Made by a program: the position numbers and the translations under genes. Source: Octopus sinensis (lineage: Eukaryota). From it: 64,000 nucleotides of DNA. The stretch lies in contig NC_042998.1 of assembly GCF_006345805.1 (NCBI RefSeq), forward strand, positions 60,388,001 through 60,452,000. The letters are read 5' to 3'. Below the pieces are notes generated by a model. That model had not been told where the DNA came from, made no database searches, and worked only from the letters and a program-made list of their open reading frames with translations. This document shows positions 25,384-39,478 of the stretch, one piece after another (within the stretch, counting starts at the first letter, position 1; each line of letters begins with the position of its first letter).

Positions 25384-26210
25384 TAAAGGAATTTTGTTAA
25401 ATTGTCGTTCATTTATTTATAGTAAAAAAACACATGAAAGCACATGATCTCTGCCCTTGGTATGTAGCTTCAACCGTGTTTTCTGACATGAATTTGCTAC
25501 CCAGGTATCGGTTAACCGAATTATCCATACTAGGATAATTCATTCAACTACTTATATATATATATATATATACATATTAGCTTTAAACAACAAGGTTTTG
25601 TAATAATAGTTAATTACAAGTACTTTTATTAGTTCCTATTTAATAAAATTTAATGTTTCTATTAGTTACTGGTAATCTAATATTATAGCTTGTAGTGGTG
25701 ATATATTAATGAGTATGTAGTGTTTTATTATTAACTTTTGACTCATAATTAATAATTAATTTTCACTCATAATTAATATATTATTAGTTAAATTAATTTC
25801 AATCATGTTTGTTTTATTTTGGAGAGAATTATATAAGGCCTTAACTTTTATTATAGTAGTACCTATGGAAGACTGGTGGGATTATTATTTGTATGAACTT
25901 AAAGATTGGTCACAATCTCTCTCTCTCTCTCTCTCTCCCTCTCCCTCCCTCTCTTTACACCATCGCTAGAAGGGGACTTAACTCATGTTTTAATGGCGTC
26001 ACTACGGTGGATTTCTCCACCATGAAAATTGAAGTTATGGCTCAAAATTATTTACCGCTATTCGCGGGTGCCTCAGGGGAAAATAATTTGACGAAAATAC
26101 AGCTAGGGTCGTGACGAATATTCTCTTAAATTTGAGCGACATGCGTGCTAATTTGTGGATGTGCATAAACTACAATCATGTACACACACACACACACACA
26201 TCCTGCCTTA

Positions 26211-29061
26211 TCATCATCATCATCATCGTCGTTTAACGTCCGTTCTCCATGCTAGCATGGGTTGGACGGTTCGACCGGGGTTCTGGGAAGCCAGAAGGCT
26301 GCACCAGGCTCCAGTCTAATTTGGCAATGTTTCTACAGCTGGATGCCCTTCCTAACGCCAACCACTCCGTGAGTGTAGTGGGTGCTTTTTACGTGCCACC
26401 TGCACAGGTGCCAGGCGGGGCTGGCAACGGCCACGGTCAGATTGGTGTATTTTATGTGCCACCGGCACGGAAGCCAGTCGAGGCGGTGCTGCATCGGCCA
26501 CGAGTCGGATAGTGCTTTTTACGTACCACCAGACCAGGGATCCTGGCTGGTTCAATTCGATTTCGATTTCGCTTGCCCCAACATGTCTTCACAAGCAAAG
26601 GGGGTTGGCAAGGGTGCCTGTCGTACGGTCGCATTGGAGTATTTTACGTGCCACAGCCACGAGTCGGATAGTGCTTTTTACGTACCACCAGACCAGGGAT
26701 CCTGGCTGGTTCAATTCGATTTCGATTTCGCTTGCCCCAACATGTCTTCACAAGCAAAGGGGGTTGGCATGGGTGCCTGTCGTACGGTCGCATTGGAGTA
26801 TTTTACGTGCCACGGCCCCGAGTCGGATAGTGCTTTTTACGTACCACCAGGCCAGGGATCCTGGCTGGTTCAATTCGGTTTCGATTTCGCTTGCCCCAAC
26901 ATGTCTTCGCAAGCATGGGGGGTTGGGATGGGTGTCTGTCGTCGGATGAGGTTCTATATCGACTTCGCTTGCCTCAACCGGTCTTTGTGTCCAAGGGAGG
27001 AAAGGCATTCATAAGTGGGCTGGGCTCACTTGTCCTGCCTGGTCTTCTCACGTACAGAATATTTCCAAAGGTCTCGGTCTCTGGTCATTTCCTCAGTGAG
27101 GCCTAAAGTTCGAAGGTCGTGCTTCACCACTTCGTCCCAGGTTTTCCTGGGTCTACCTCTTCCACGGGTTCCCTCAACTGCTAGGGATTGGCACTTTCAC
27201 ACACCTATCTTCATCCATTCTCGCCACATGACCATACCAGCGCAATCGTCTCTCTTGCACACCACAACTGATGCTTCTTAGGTACAACATTTCTCTCAAG
27301 GTGCTAACGCTCTGTCGAGTATGTACACTGACATTACACATCCATCGGAGCATACTGGCTTCATTCCTCACGAGCTTACGCATGTCCTCAGCAGTCACAG
27401 CCCATGTTTCGCTGCCATGTAGCATGGCTGTTCGTACACACGCATCATACAGTCTGCCTTTTACTCTGAGCGAGAGGCCTTTAGTCACCAGCAGAGGTAA
27501 GAGCTCCCTAAACTTTGCCCAGGCTATTCTTATTCTAGCAGTTACACTTTCAGCGCACCCCCCCCACTACTGACTTGGTCACCTAGATAACGGAAGCTAT
27601 CAACTACTTCTAGTTTTTCCCCTGGAAAGTGACGGAAGTTGTTTTCTGCAGATTTTCGGAGGTTAATGCTCCCGAGCATCTGCCACATACAAAAACTATC
27701 TTCCCAGTTAGCCTACCTTTGACATTGCTGCACCTCTTATGTGTCCATAGCTTACACTGGGTACATCTTATAGAGTTTCTACCTACACCTTTTCTACAGA
27801 TCGAGCAGGGCCATCTTCCTGAAGATATTTGTGGATTGTCTACCTTCTACTTATTAGTACTTTGGTTTTAGCTAGGTTGACTCTAAGGCCCCTTGATTCT
27901 AAACCCTCCTTCCACACCTGGAACTTCTCCTCCAGTTCTGATAGTGACTCAGCAATAAGAGCAAGGTCGTCAGCGTAGAGGAGCTCCCAGGGACAGCCTG
28001 TCTTGAATTCCTCCGTAATTGCCTGGTAGTTGCTGGGATAATAGGAGGGGGCTGAGTACTGAACCCTGGTGGACCCCAACCTCTACTTTGAATTCTTCTG
28101 TGTACATGTTGCCAACCCTAACCTTACTTACGGCATCTCTGTACATGGCTTGCACAGTCCTCACCAGCCATTCATCTATTCCTAGTTTCCTCATTGACCA
28201 CCAGATAGGGATCGGGGACCCTATCAAAAGCTTTCTCCATGTCAACGAAAGCCAGGTACAGGGGCTTATCTTTGGCTAGGTATTTCTCCTGCAGCTGCCT
28301 TACCAGGAATATAGCATCAGTGGTACTTTTTCCTGGCACGAACCCAAACTGCATCTCATCTAAACTAACTCTCTCTCTGATTAGTTGGGCTATGACCCTC
28401 TCCGTAACCTTCATTACTTGATCCAACAGCTTGATACCTCTGTAATTTTTGTATCTAGGGCATCACCTTTACCTTTGTAGCAGTTGACTAGTATGCTGCT
28501 GCACCAGTCATTGGGTATGACTCCTTCGTGTATCACCTGGTTGACTATACGGTGACTAGGTTATAGCCGACACTGCCAGATATTTTGAGCATCTCTGCAG
28601 TAATTCCTGATGGGCCTGGGGCTTTCCCTGTCTTCATGCTTCTAATTGCCTTAGCTACCACGGAACTATCAACTCGATAGCTGGTCCCTCTGTAGGGTCA
28701 ACATTCGGCAGACTCTCTTTATCCATTCATTTTCCTCATTCAGTAACCTTTCATAGTGGCGTCTCCAAGCTTCTCTCTTTGCATCCTCATTTAGCGCAAG
28801 TGAACCATCCTCCATGCGAACACATTTCTCTCCTACCACATCACGATTCTCTCTCACACACTGTCTTGCAACACGAAATACCTCAAGTCTTTCATCCTCA
28901 CGGCGCAGGACATTGGCAAATTTTCTCTTATCTGCTCCCCTCTGGCTAGATAGACCTGTCTCCTAGCTTCCCTTCTGGCAGTCTGATACCCTTCCCTGCT
29001 ACCACCGTTCTTCCAGGCCTTCCAAGCCTGTTTCTTTTGTCTAATAGCCCTGTCAACAATA
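26211..29061 (-). mobile_element. RTE-clade LINE, 2.8-kb 5'-truncated copy with frameshifted RT
   Basis: QFGFVPGKSTTDAIF, AFVDMEKAFDRVP, GVHQGSVLSP, LLYADDLAL, RLRWYGHV; (ATG)n tail. Confidence 0.95.
26499..26942. repeat. 159-bp tandem repeat (~2.8 units) in the RTE 3' UTR
   Basis: CGAGTCGGATAGTGCTTTTTACGTACCACCAG recurs at 26501, 26660 and 26819. Confidence 0.9.
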
Positions 29062-29914
29062 TATGTATATATAAATACAGATGCAATGTATATTGGTTTG
29101 CATGTTTGTTTGTTGTAGTTTTATTAAAATTAGTGTTTAATTCTGCCTATAAATTAATTGATTGAATGAATGTGGTTATTAAGCTTTCACTTTTATATTA
29201 TACTACAGAAGATCATAAGGATTATAATGCTTGTATGACTTAGGGGATTGGTCACTGTTTGGTTATGTATTTAGATGTTGGTTGTAATTTACTTATTGAA
29301 TTTATTTACTGAAAGTTGTGGTTTCTTTGGTTTGTTTGTTCCCAAACAACACTTATTCTAGTGCTGTTGACACCACTGGATTGAATAGTACTGCTCAGGT
29401 GTCGAAACCATAATGCTATCTGTGGGGCAGCTGATGATTGAGGTATGTTGGATTGTTGGTATGCCTGTGGAATAGTATTATAACATATCCTTTTTTGTGT
29501 AGATATATATGGTGTCATACAGTGGGACTGAACCCAGAACCATGTGGTTGGTAAGCAAGCTTCTCACCACACAGCCATGCCTGTGCCTATATATATATAT
29601 TTTCACACATGTGTGTATATATATATCTATATATGTATATTTATCTATACATATATATATATATGTGTGTTGGCATTAGGAAGGGCATCCAGCTGTAGAA
29701 ACTCTGCCAGATCAAGATTGGAGCCTGGTGCAGCCATCTGGTTCACCAGTCCTCAGTCAAATCATCCAACCCCTGGTAGCATGGAAAGCAGACGTTAAAC
29801 GATGATGATGATGATGATGATGATAATGATGATGTATATATATATATATTATGTATGTGTGTGTGTGTATATATATATATGTGGGGGGGGGGTATGTATG
29901 TGTCTATATATGTC

Positions 29915-29953
<39 letters not shown>

Positions 29954-31539
29954 TATATATATATTTGTGTGGTTTTACTTATACATTTTTGTAGTAGCCA
30001 TAGCATGGCCATAGCTCTTGAGCTGAAACTAGAAAATGATGAACATGTGTGTAAACACATACACACACACACACATAAATATCATCAGCAGTAGTAGTGT
30101 CATTATTTTACAGTTATATTTCCATACTGGCATGGCATGTGTTGGTCATGTTTCCTGGGACATTGTTTTATCATCAGCTCTTTAATAACTTCTTAGAAGA
30201 TGCAGACACATTTTACTTATTCTCAAACCTGGGACACACACAGTACTCGCACGCACACACACTCCGTAAATGTGTGAGTTATCAGAGTTCATCACAGATT
30301 CTTCAGTGCTTTCTTTCTTAATCTTTTGCACCAAATTTACTTTGATACATTAAAGTTATCTTCCCATGAATAAACATTGGTTCATTAGACTCTACAGTAG
30401 ATAGAGCCTCAGCTGGTAAATTATTCATCTGAAAAATAAAAAGACAAACACTATTTGTTTTAAATGAACTTAGTTTTATAGAAACCTGTTGGAAAATTGA
30501 TCTTCCATCTTCACGAAAAAAAATGAAACAAGCAAACTGCTTTTATGTTAATAAGAAAAAAAATGAAAAATCTAAAATCCATGAACAGTTGTGATGACTT
30601 GTATTGGCAAAGTTAGTTATTAGACTTCCGTAAAATAAATTGCATTTCGCTGTTGCAAGATGTGAGTTCTGACTTAATGAACAAAGCCCTGCTCTGAAAT
30701 AGAAACATGTGCAAAAGTTGTTACTGTGTAAGGCTAATATAATTCTAATCATTGCCAGTATTATATTGAGAAGAACTGATAGAGCGATGGGTGAAATAGA
30801 TTGTATATTTAATTACATTCCTTTATATTGTGAGATCAGTTTCTTCTGAGGTCAACATTGCCTTTCACCGTTCTAAGGAGTCTTTAACATCAGTACCATC
30901 CAAATATTGGTGTCAGCCAACTGGATAGTCTTTCGAAACTTGTGGCCCTCGTCATCATCATTGTTTAATATCTGCCTTCCATGCTGGCATGGGTTGGAGA
31001 TTTTGACAGGAGCCTGCATCACACTTGTGTGTCAGTTTTGGCAGGGTTTTTACAGCTGGATGCCCTTCCAAATACCAACCCCTTTACTGGTTGACTGATA
31101 CCAGTGTAATAAACTAGCATTATACTGTTGTTGTTGTATGGTCATGGTGATTCTGCTGCTGTTGTTGTTCATGTTAAACAGTAGATCTATACTCAAAGAT
31201 GTTCCAGGAATATCCATCCTGTCTTCTTGTATCTCAGGTATATCAGGGGTTACCTAGTTTGTCTTATGTTGCTTTTCCTATTTTTTAAAACATAAGTTGT
31301 GATTGGAATGAGATTTGGCTGCTATTTCTATCAGGGTAGGCAAACATGAAGAGGATTCTTTGTTGGCTCAGAATGTTAAACTGTGTTTGAAGGCAATGGA
31401 TTGGCAGAATTTGTAGAGCACCAGATAAAAAGCCTTCTAGTATTAAGCTATGTCTGTTCGCATTCTCTGTTCAAATTCCACCATGATTAAGTATATCTTT
31501 CAATTTTTGAAAGTTGAAAAAATAAGTTACCAGGTGTGA

Positions 31540-32412
31540 CTGTGTGGTGAGAAGCTTGCACTGAAGCTGTCAAGACGTGCTTTTGAAGCTCCGCTGTAAG
31601 ATAAGACACTTGTTATTTGGGTCCAGTGGGGGTCTGTTGTTTGTACAAGCAAGAAGTCCTCACTGGATTCTAAACCCTAGTCTGCCTGCAGTGGAGTGAA
31701 TATTTTTTCTCACTTAATTGTGAGAATTTTTGTTTGGGGGCATATCCTGCTTCCAAGTTAGTGGTTCATGTTAAGTGGATATTTTTTCTCACTTAATTGT
31801 GAGAATTGTTGCTTGGAGGCATATCGTGCCTCCTAATAATTTCTCCATATTTTGTGAATTTTAAAAATAATCATGAGAATTGCTGTTTTGGGGGAGTGTC
31901 TTTGCCTCCAAAGTTTGAACGACTTGTATACCAGTTTTTGTGGAAGTTGTTTTCTAGTTGTGGCATTCCGGGTTCAATCTTGACCTAGTGGCTGGAAGAT
32001 TTTTTTGCTGCTTTTCTGAACTATTGACTTTCTTTCTTCTAAACTTTTTTTTACTTTCTTTTTTCGTGAATTGTTTTCCTTTTCTCCTTTCCATTTTATT
32101 GTGACTTACTTTCTTTTTCTTCTCTCTTTTTAAGTTTTATTTTGAACTATTTTCGAACTGTTAAAAAAAACCCATGGCAATAAATGAAAAGACAATGTTT
32201 TGGAGTGGGAAATTATACCACCCAAACCGTGGTTAAAAGACCGTGAAGAGAGGACAGTGATGTTGAGGACTTACTCCAAGTCACTCGACACCATCGCCCT
32301 ATTTGAAAAGACTGTAATTGAAAAAGAGTTGGCAGAGTATTTGTCAACTATTAAATTTATTTCCAAGGAAGTCAAATACGCAATGGTGTGGTTGCTATTT
32401 GACACCCATTAA
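31540..32412 (+). mobile_element. Possible 5' region/ORF1 remnant of an L1/Tx1-like LINE
   Basis: Short tandem duplications and a T-rich leader followed by a disrupted ORF (..KDREERTVMLRTYS..); family assignment is tentative. Confidence 0.3.
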
Positions 32413-32446
32413 GAGGCTGGCAAATGTATGTGTATGTATAAATATA

Positions 32447-32812
32447 TGACCCGGCAAGCCAAATGAGACCATAACCTGTGGCCTATGCCAGGAGTGTAAC
32501 TAGCCCGCTTATGCGTACCTTTTCCTTCTTTGGTCACTAAACTCTGCTTGCGGAGACCTGTGCTGGTGGCATGTGTAAAAAGATTCAAGTGAGGTCATTG
32601 CCAGTACCGCCTGACTGGCCCCCATGCCGGTGGCACGTAAAAAGCACCCACTACACTCTCAGAGTGGTTGGCTTTAGGAAGGGCATCCAGCTGTAGAAAC
32701 TCTGCCAAATCAAGATTGGAGACTGGTGCAGCCATCTGGTTCGCCAGCCCTCAGTCAAAATCATCCAACCCATGCTAGCATGGAAAGCGGATGTTAAACG
32801 ATGATGATGATG
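32447..32812 (+). mobile_element. RTE 3'-end fragment
   Basis: Same 3' motif (..AGGAAGGGCATCCAGCTGTAGAAAC..GCATGGAAAGCGG..TTAAACGATGATG) as the other RTE copies; more at 22540-22800, 29670-29830, 33495-33733 and 53610-53772. Confidence 0.8.
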
Positions 32813-33217
32813 ATATATATATATATATATATATGTTTGTATATATATGTGTATATATATGTGTATATATATGTATGTATATATATATATATGTATATAC
32901 ATATATATATATGTATGTACATATATATATATATGTATGTACATATATATATGTACATATATATATGCATATATATATATATGTATATATATATATATGC
33001 ATATATATATATGCATGTATATATATATGCGTGTATATATATATGCGTATATATATATATGCATATATACATACATGTATGTATATATATGTATATATAT
33101 ATATATATGCGTATATATTTATACATGTATGTATATATATGTATATATACATGTATGTATATATATGTATATATATATATATGCGTATATATATATATGT
33201 ATATATATATATATGCG

Positions 33218-33248
<31 letters not shown>

Positions 33249-33250
33249 GC

Positions 33251-33285
<35 letters not shown>

Positions 33286-33292
33286 TATATAT
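32813..33292. repeat. Long degenerate (TA)n/(TATG)n microsatellite
   Basis: Directly visible; similar tracts at 33733-33958 and 35426-35775. Confidence 0.95.
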
Positions 33293-33959
33293 ATTTTGCT
33301 CCATCTATACCGGATGTCGCTTCTCCCACCACCATTATAGGTGTCTACTGTTCGAACCCCCCTCTTCAATACGCTATTTCACCATGCATTACCCCTCTCT
33401 CGATATCCTACGTTCTACTTGCCTAGAACCTGTCATCATTTCTCTGAACCACCCCTCCCCACTGGTGCTCCCCTATATTTCTGCACCCCAAAAAAAGCAC
33501 CATCCGAACGTGGCCGATGCTAGACCCCTCTGGCACCTGTGCAGGTGGCACGTAAAAAACACCCACTACACTCGCGGAGTGGTTGGCGTTAGGAAGGGCA
33601 TCCAGCTGTAGAAACACTGCCAGACTAGACTGGAGCCTGGGGCAGTCCCGAGCTCCCCAGACCCCGGTCGAAACCGTCCAACCCGTGCTAGCGCGGAAAA
33701 CGGACGTTAAACGATGATGATGATGATGATGATATATATATATATGTGTGTGTGTGTATATATATATATATGTGTGTATATATATATCTATATATATGTA
33801 TATGTATATATATGTATGTATATATATGTATATATATATATGTATGTATATATATATGTATGTATATATATATATATATGTACATATGTATATATATGTA
33901 TATATATGTGTATATATATATGTATATATATATATATATATATATGTATCGTATGTATA

Positions 33960-35425
33960 TCTCTTATTATAAAAGGCAGATTTTATCTGCCTCCCTTTGT
34001 AATTTATAGAAATCTACAATATAGGATTTCTTCAATTACGATTTACCTAGCATTTTTAAGAGTAGAATGCATCGGGTCATGCCAGGTCCAGTTTTTAAAA
34101 TTTCAACCCCAATTAAGCAAAATTTAGAGAAAACTCACATTCTGGTGTATATGTCAAATGTTTTTCTTAATGTGGGATACACCACACGCAAACGCCCACA
34201 CACACAAAGGGAGCGACTGTTTCACTGACGCTATCACCCTTCTCCTCCTTTGTCTTTGCAAGTTTGCAGCTATTAAAGTGAAAACAGTGAATCCGACAGC
34301 GATTAAGAAAATGAATTGGTACTGAATGGAGTGAAAATTTAAAAACTGTTTCTTTCGGTGATTTTTCTGAAGAAACTGCACCAAGCCACAGACTTTCCCA
34401 GAAGAGTATAAAGCCTTAAACTATTTCTTTTTACTTTTTCGAATGAGCCTATTTGAAATCATTACACTAAACGTAAACAAAGCGAAAGAAAGGATAGTTT
34501 GTTATTTCCCACAACCTTAAATTAAATTAAGGCCTATTTTGCCATAAATATTATTATGGATATCAGAAAGTTACCCAGAATAACAAATTCTATCGTAAAA
34601 TTTTGTTGTATACCCAATTGAATATTAGCTAATAACCCATTTTCTATAGCAATGTTTGAACAAAATTTTAATAATTTTATATATTGTTGAATTTACCTGT
34701 ATCTACCTGCAATTAGAGTCACTTTGTGACAAAAATTATAGTGTAGAATTGGTTGAGAATATTTCATTAAATTATCTTCCAAAAATCAGATTAATATATT
34801 GATAAATAAAAAAGTTATAGTTGTTTAATGAAACCATACTAAATTTATGATTACGTTAGAAATTAATTGAAACACATAAGGGGTGTAATTTGGTCAGAAA
34901 TATAGTAACGAAAGGGTTAAGAAAAACCAAAAAATATTTTATTCTTTATAAATGTTGTATTCAAAATAACATTTTCTTTTAAGAATGTGTATATAACAAA
35001 GTATGTGTATATAACTACATGACTTATATCTTTATATATAAGAGTGAAGTTGTGTGTCTGTCTCCTACGATTTAGATTCGTAACGACTCCCACATTTTGC
35101 GGTGCAGTGTAACCAAAACCGGGTATCTTATAGTCGTGATTCATATTGAGCCCTTCTGGGTATTAGCGCGCGTCTACGATGAGTCTACGATTTAAAAAAA
35201 TTTACCATCATATTTTTCCATTTTAATGCATTTTTTTTGCTATTATGTAAGGGAAGTAACTCTCTAAAAATATCTACGATGTGTCAACGATTTAAAAAGA
35301 AATTTACCTTAATTTTTTTTCCATTTTTAATGCATTTTTTTCCTATTTTTTGGCTATAACTCTCTAAAAATGCTTATATAGTTATTTCCCTTACAAACCC
35401 GAGCAACGCCGGGCGATACTGCTAG
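33960..35425 (+). mobile_element. Non-autonomous Helitron (composite; second 5' TC end at 35029)
   Basis: Starts A|TCTCTTATTATAAAAG; ends with hairpin CCCGAGCAACGCCGGG then CTAG|T; no TSD; homologous to 45728-46899. Confidence 0.85.
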
Positions 35426-35699
35426 TGTATATATATATGTATATGTATGTATATATATGTATATATATCTATGTATATATATGTATATATATGTATATAT
35501 ATGTATATATATATATATATATGTATATATCTATGTATATATATGTATATATATATATATGTATGTATATATGTATATATATGTATGTAATTATGTTTAT
35601 ATATGTATTTATATATATATACATATATGTATATATACAAATGTATATATATATATATGTATGTATATATGTGTGTATATATATATGTGTATATGTATA

Positions 35700-35731
<32 letters not shown>

Positions 35732-35775
35732 CATATATGTATGTGTATATATATATATATGCATATATGTATGTA

Positions 35776-37160
35776 TCATCATCATCATCGTTTAGCGTCC
35801 GTTTTCCATGCTAGCATGGGTTGGACGGTTCTACTGGGGTCTGTGAAGCCAGAAGGCTTCATCAGGCCCAGTCAAATCTGGCAGTGTTTCTACGGCTGGA
35901 TGCCCTTCCTAACGCCAACCACTCCATGAGTGTAGTGGGTGCTTTTTACGTGCCACCCGCACTGGTGCCAGACAGAGCTGGCAAACGGCCACGAACGGAT
36001 GGTGCTTTTTATGTGCCACCGGCACGAGGGCCAGGCGAGGCTGGCAACGGACACGAAACGGGGCGGTGCTGGCAACGGTCGCGAAACGGAAAGTTCTCTT
36101 ACATGCCACCGGCACTGGTAACACATCTGCAATTTCCATTGATCGATTTCCATTGATCGATTTCGATTCTGATCGTCACTTGCCTCAACGGGTCTTCACA
36201 AGCAGAGTTTTGACATGCCACCGGCACTGGTAGCACATCCGCAATTTCCATTGATCGATTTCGATTCTGATCCTCACTTGCCTCATCATGTCTTCACAAG
36301 TAGAGTTTTGTGTCCCAAGAAGGGAAGGTATGCATACGTAGGCTGGCTCCATCCCATGTAGAAGGCCACGGGTTATGGACTCACTTGTCCTGCCGGGTCT
36401 TCTCGCGCACAGCACACTTCCAGAGGTCTCGGTCTCTAGTCATTTCCTCAGTGAGACCTAAAGTTCGAAGGTCGTGCTTCACCACCTCGTCCCAGGTTTT
36501 CCTGGGTCTGCCTCTTCCACAGGTTCCCTCAACCGCTAGGGTGTGGCACTTTTTCACACAACTATCTTCATCCATTCTCGCCACATGACCATACCAGCGC
36601 AAACGTCTCTCTTGCACACCACAACTGATGCTTCTTAGGTCCAGCTTTTCTCTCAAGGTACTTACACTCTGCCGAGTGTGAGTACCGGCATTACACATCC
36701 ATCAGAGCATACTGGCTTCATTTCTAGCGAGCTTACGCATATCCTCAGCAGTCACGGCCCATGTTTCACTGCCATGTAGCATGGCTGTTCGTACACACGC
36801 ATCATACAGTCTGCCTTTCACTCTGTGCGAGAGGCCTTTTGTCACCAGCAGAGGTAAGAGCTCTCTGAACTTTGCCCAAGCTATTCTTACTCTAGCAGTT
36901 ACACTTTCAGCACACCCGCCCCCGCTGCTGACTTGGTCACCTAGGTAACGGAAACTATCAACTATTTCTAGTTTTTCTCCCTGGAAAGTGACGGAAGTTG
37001 GTCTCAGAGCATTTTCAGTGTTTATTGTTCCTGAGCATCTGCCACATACAAAAACCATCTTCCTAGTTAGCCTTCCTTTGACATTGCTGCACCTCTTATG
37101 TGTCCATAGCTTACACTTGGTGCATCTTATAGAGTTTCTACCTACACCTTTTCTACAGAT
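35776..37160 (-). mobile_element. 5'-truncated RTE LINE
   Basis: ORFs 36702-37208 and 36381-36698 (DSFRYLGD, LHGSETW, RLRWYGHV, GRGRPRKTW); (ATG)n tail. Confidence 0.92.
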
Positions 37161-37215
37161 GTATATATATATGTATACACATATGTATGTAAGTGTATAT
37201 ATATACATGTATATA

Positions 37216-37815
37216 TTAGGTCGTCATGTATGAAATTTGTAGTAAGGTATATGGTAAACTTTACAGCTGCTCATTTTGCGGCATTATTATACTTTGACAA
37301 TATTTATTTTTTATTAGAAACCTGACACATCTATTTCATTTTGCGCTTTGTCAAGTATTTATAAATTGTTTTTTGCTATTTTTGTTTAGAGATAGTTAAG
37401 TTGGAAATTCATACAGTTTTGAAATACATTTTCTTTCTTGGAAATACAACATCACTGACAGCTCAGAGTATTAATGGAGTATTTCATTCTAATGTTATTA
37501 CACAGCAGACAGTATCAAATTGGTTTGCAAAATTTTAATTCTAGTAACTTTGACCTCACCAATGAGCAGTGCGGTCGGCCAGAAACAAAGGTGGATAATG
37601 ATGAACTGGAAGCCACTGTCGAGTCTGATCCATCTCAAAGTGCCCGTGAATTATCGTTGTTGTTTGGTGTTAGCAAGCAAACAATATTGACTCACCTAGT
37701 TCAAATCAGTAAAGTAAAAAAGTTGGCTAAGTGGGTTTCACATGAACTCAATGAAAATCAGAAACAGCGATGTTTGGAAGCCTGCATTATGCTACATTCT
37801 CATCACAAAAATAAA
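37216..37815 (+). mobile_element. mariner 5' fragment
   Basis: TA|TTAGGTCGTCATGTATGAAA end; peptide ..GRPETKVDNDELEATVESDPSQSARELS..KWVSHELNE. Confidence 0.85.
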
Positions 37816-39178
37816 ATCATTATATATATATATGTAAGACTACTTCCTAAATTCAATAAGTCCATGCAGACCTTTCAAGGGTCAAAGAAATTTCTGTGTG
37901 TGAATTTGTTTTGAGTGAGTATATTGTTGCACAGTGCTGAATCCAATTTTCAGTGCAATCAGCTGTAAAACCAGTGGCAACAAGAGGTTGAGATGACCAG
38001 AAGCCAACTGCACTTCAAGTGTTTTTCAGACAAGTTTACCTGCTCCTAGAAAGAAGTTCTAATGAGAATTAGGGAGCCTTCACTTCCAGTCATTCACATG
38101 CTAATTAATCCATAGCTGGGACACAAACAGGTGCTATTACTCAAGGTCAGAGTCTACTCTGACCTGGAGCAATGGTATCTAAGAGATAGTTCCCCATTCC
38201 TGAAGACTCTGGAACTCCCATACCAAGCTCCCCACTGCAGGATGCAGTTTGAAGTTACCCCCCATACACACACACATACATGGTCACACACTGGGCTTTT
38301 TTCAATTTTGGTCAACCAAATCCACATACAAGGTTTTGGTCAATCTGGGGTTATAGTAGAAGACACCTGAGGTGCAATGCTGTGGAACTGATCCTGAAAC
38401 CATGTGGTTGGGAAGCAAACTTCTTAACCATACAGCCATACCTGCACCTTTGTACCTAAAGTGTCATATTTATACTATATTTCCACTGTTTTACCCCAGG
38501 CCAACCTTGATTGAGCAGACTTTTGATTTGTGACATTCCATCTATGACTATCCAATCTATTTATGGTTATGTAGAAGTACATTATCTAATATCATCCATT
38601 CTAATATATGAAGATTTAATTTAAAGGAAATTTTGTTGCTATTTCTAGCAGGTCAAAAAACAACCACATTTAGGTTCCCCCAATTGAATTGTTTTAATAC
38701 TACCATTGTCTTTGTTGTTTAGGCCCCTGGTCATTCTTGATCAAATAGACCTATGATCAAAGGCATTCCAGCTATGACCACCTTGACCTGGGAACCAAAG
38801 ACCAATATATATCCAGTATATTCTTTCCTAAGATGCTATTTTAGATGGGTGAAGGTGTGTAGCTTAGTGGTTAGGGTATTCGACTCACAGTCATAAGGTC
38901 GTGAGTTCAGTTCCTTGTGACATGTTGTGTCCTTGAGCAAGACACTTTATTTCACATTGCTCCAGTTCACTCAGCTGCCAGAAATGAGTAGTACCTGTAT
39001 TTCTTTACAAGCAGGTTGTTCCATTGAACTGGAATCCTTGTCATCATAACAAACAGGGTGCCATTTATATTAGATGGAGGTTTAGTTATTTCTAACTGGC
39101 TGAATGACTTCATATAGTTTACTTCTTTGACTGGTGCATTGGTAATATTTCAATTTTTCTTTTATCCAATCTAAACAG

Positions 39179-39478
39179 GTCACGAAAGTCGAAAAATCTG
39201 ATGATTTTACCGCTTCTGGTCAATGGAAAGTGTACACTAGAAACTGCAAATCAGGTGAAGAAAATGTCGCTACATTTGACAGTGTCCTAGTTTGTACTGG
39301 GCATCATGCTGCTCCAAAAATCCCATCATTTCCTGGCATTGAAAAGTTCAAAGGACAAGTAATTCATTCTCAGCTCTACAAACACAGTAAGGGTTATGAA
39401 GACAAGAGAGTTGTTGTAATAGGTTTTGGAAATTCTGGTGGTGATATTGCTGTTGAAGTCTCTAATACCACAGCCCAA
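39179..39478 (+). CDS. FMO: FMO coding exon 2
   Basis: Acceptor AAACAG|, [25 protein letters not shown] signature [17 protein letters not shown]-binding GFGNSG; donor CAA|GTAAGT, phase 0. Confidence 0.96.

Larger units (their letters stand above)
25031..25553. mobile_element. Inverted pair of Penelope-like pLTRs (~360-bp palindrome) in (TA)n
   Basis: 25052-25223 is a near-perfect reverse complement of 25239-25410; homologous to 19960-20250; no ORF; TA tracts on both sides. Confidence 0.88.

Noticed and set aside
25076-25386. Twin 84-aa ORFs on opposite strands
   Set aside because: A by-product of the palindrome; no protein motif.
26382-27014. 210-aa repetitive ORF; also considered as a CRISPR-like array
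   Set aside because: Antisense of the tandem RTE 3' UTR; units are fully repeated with no unique spacers, in a eukaryotic context.
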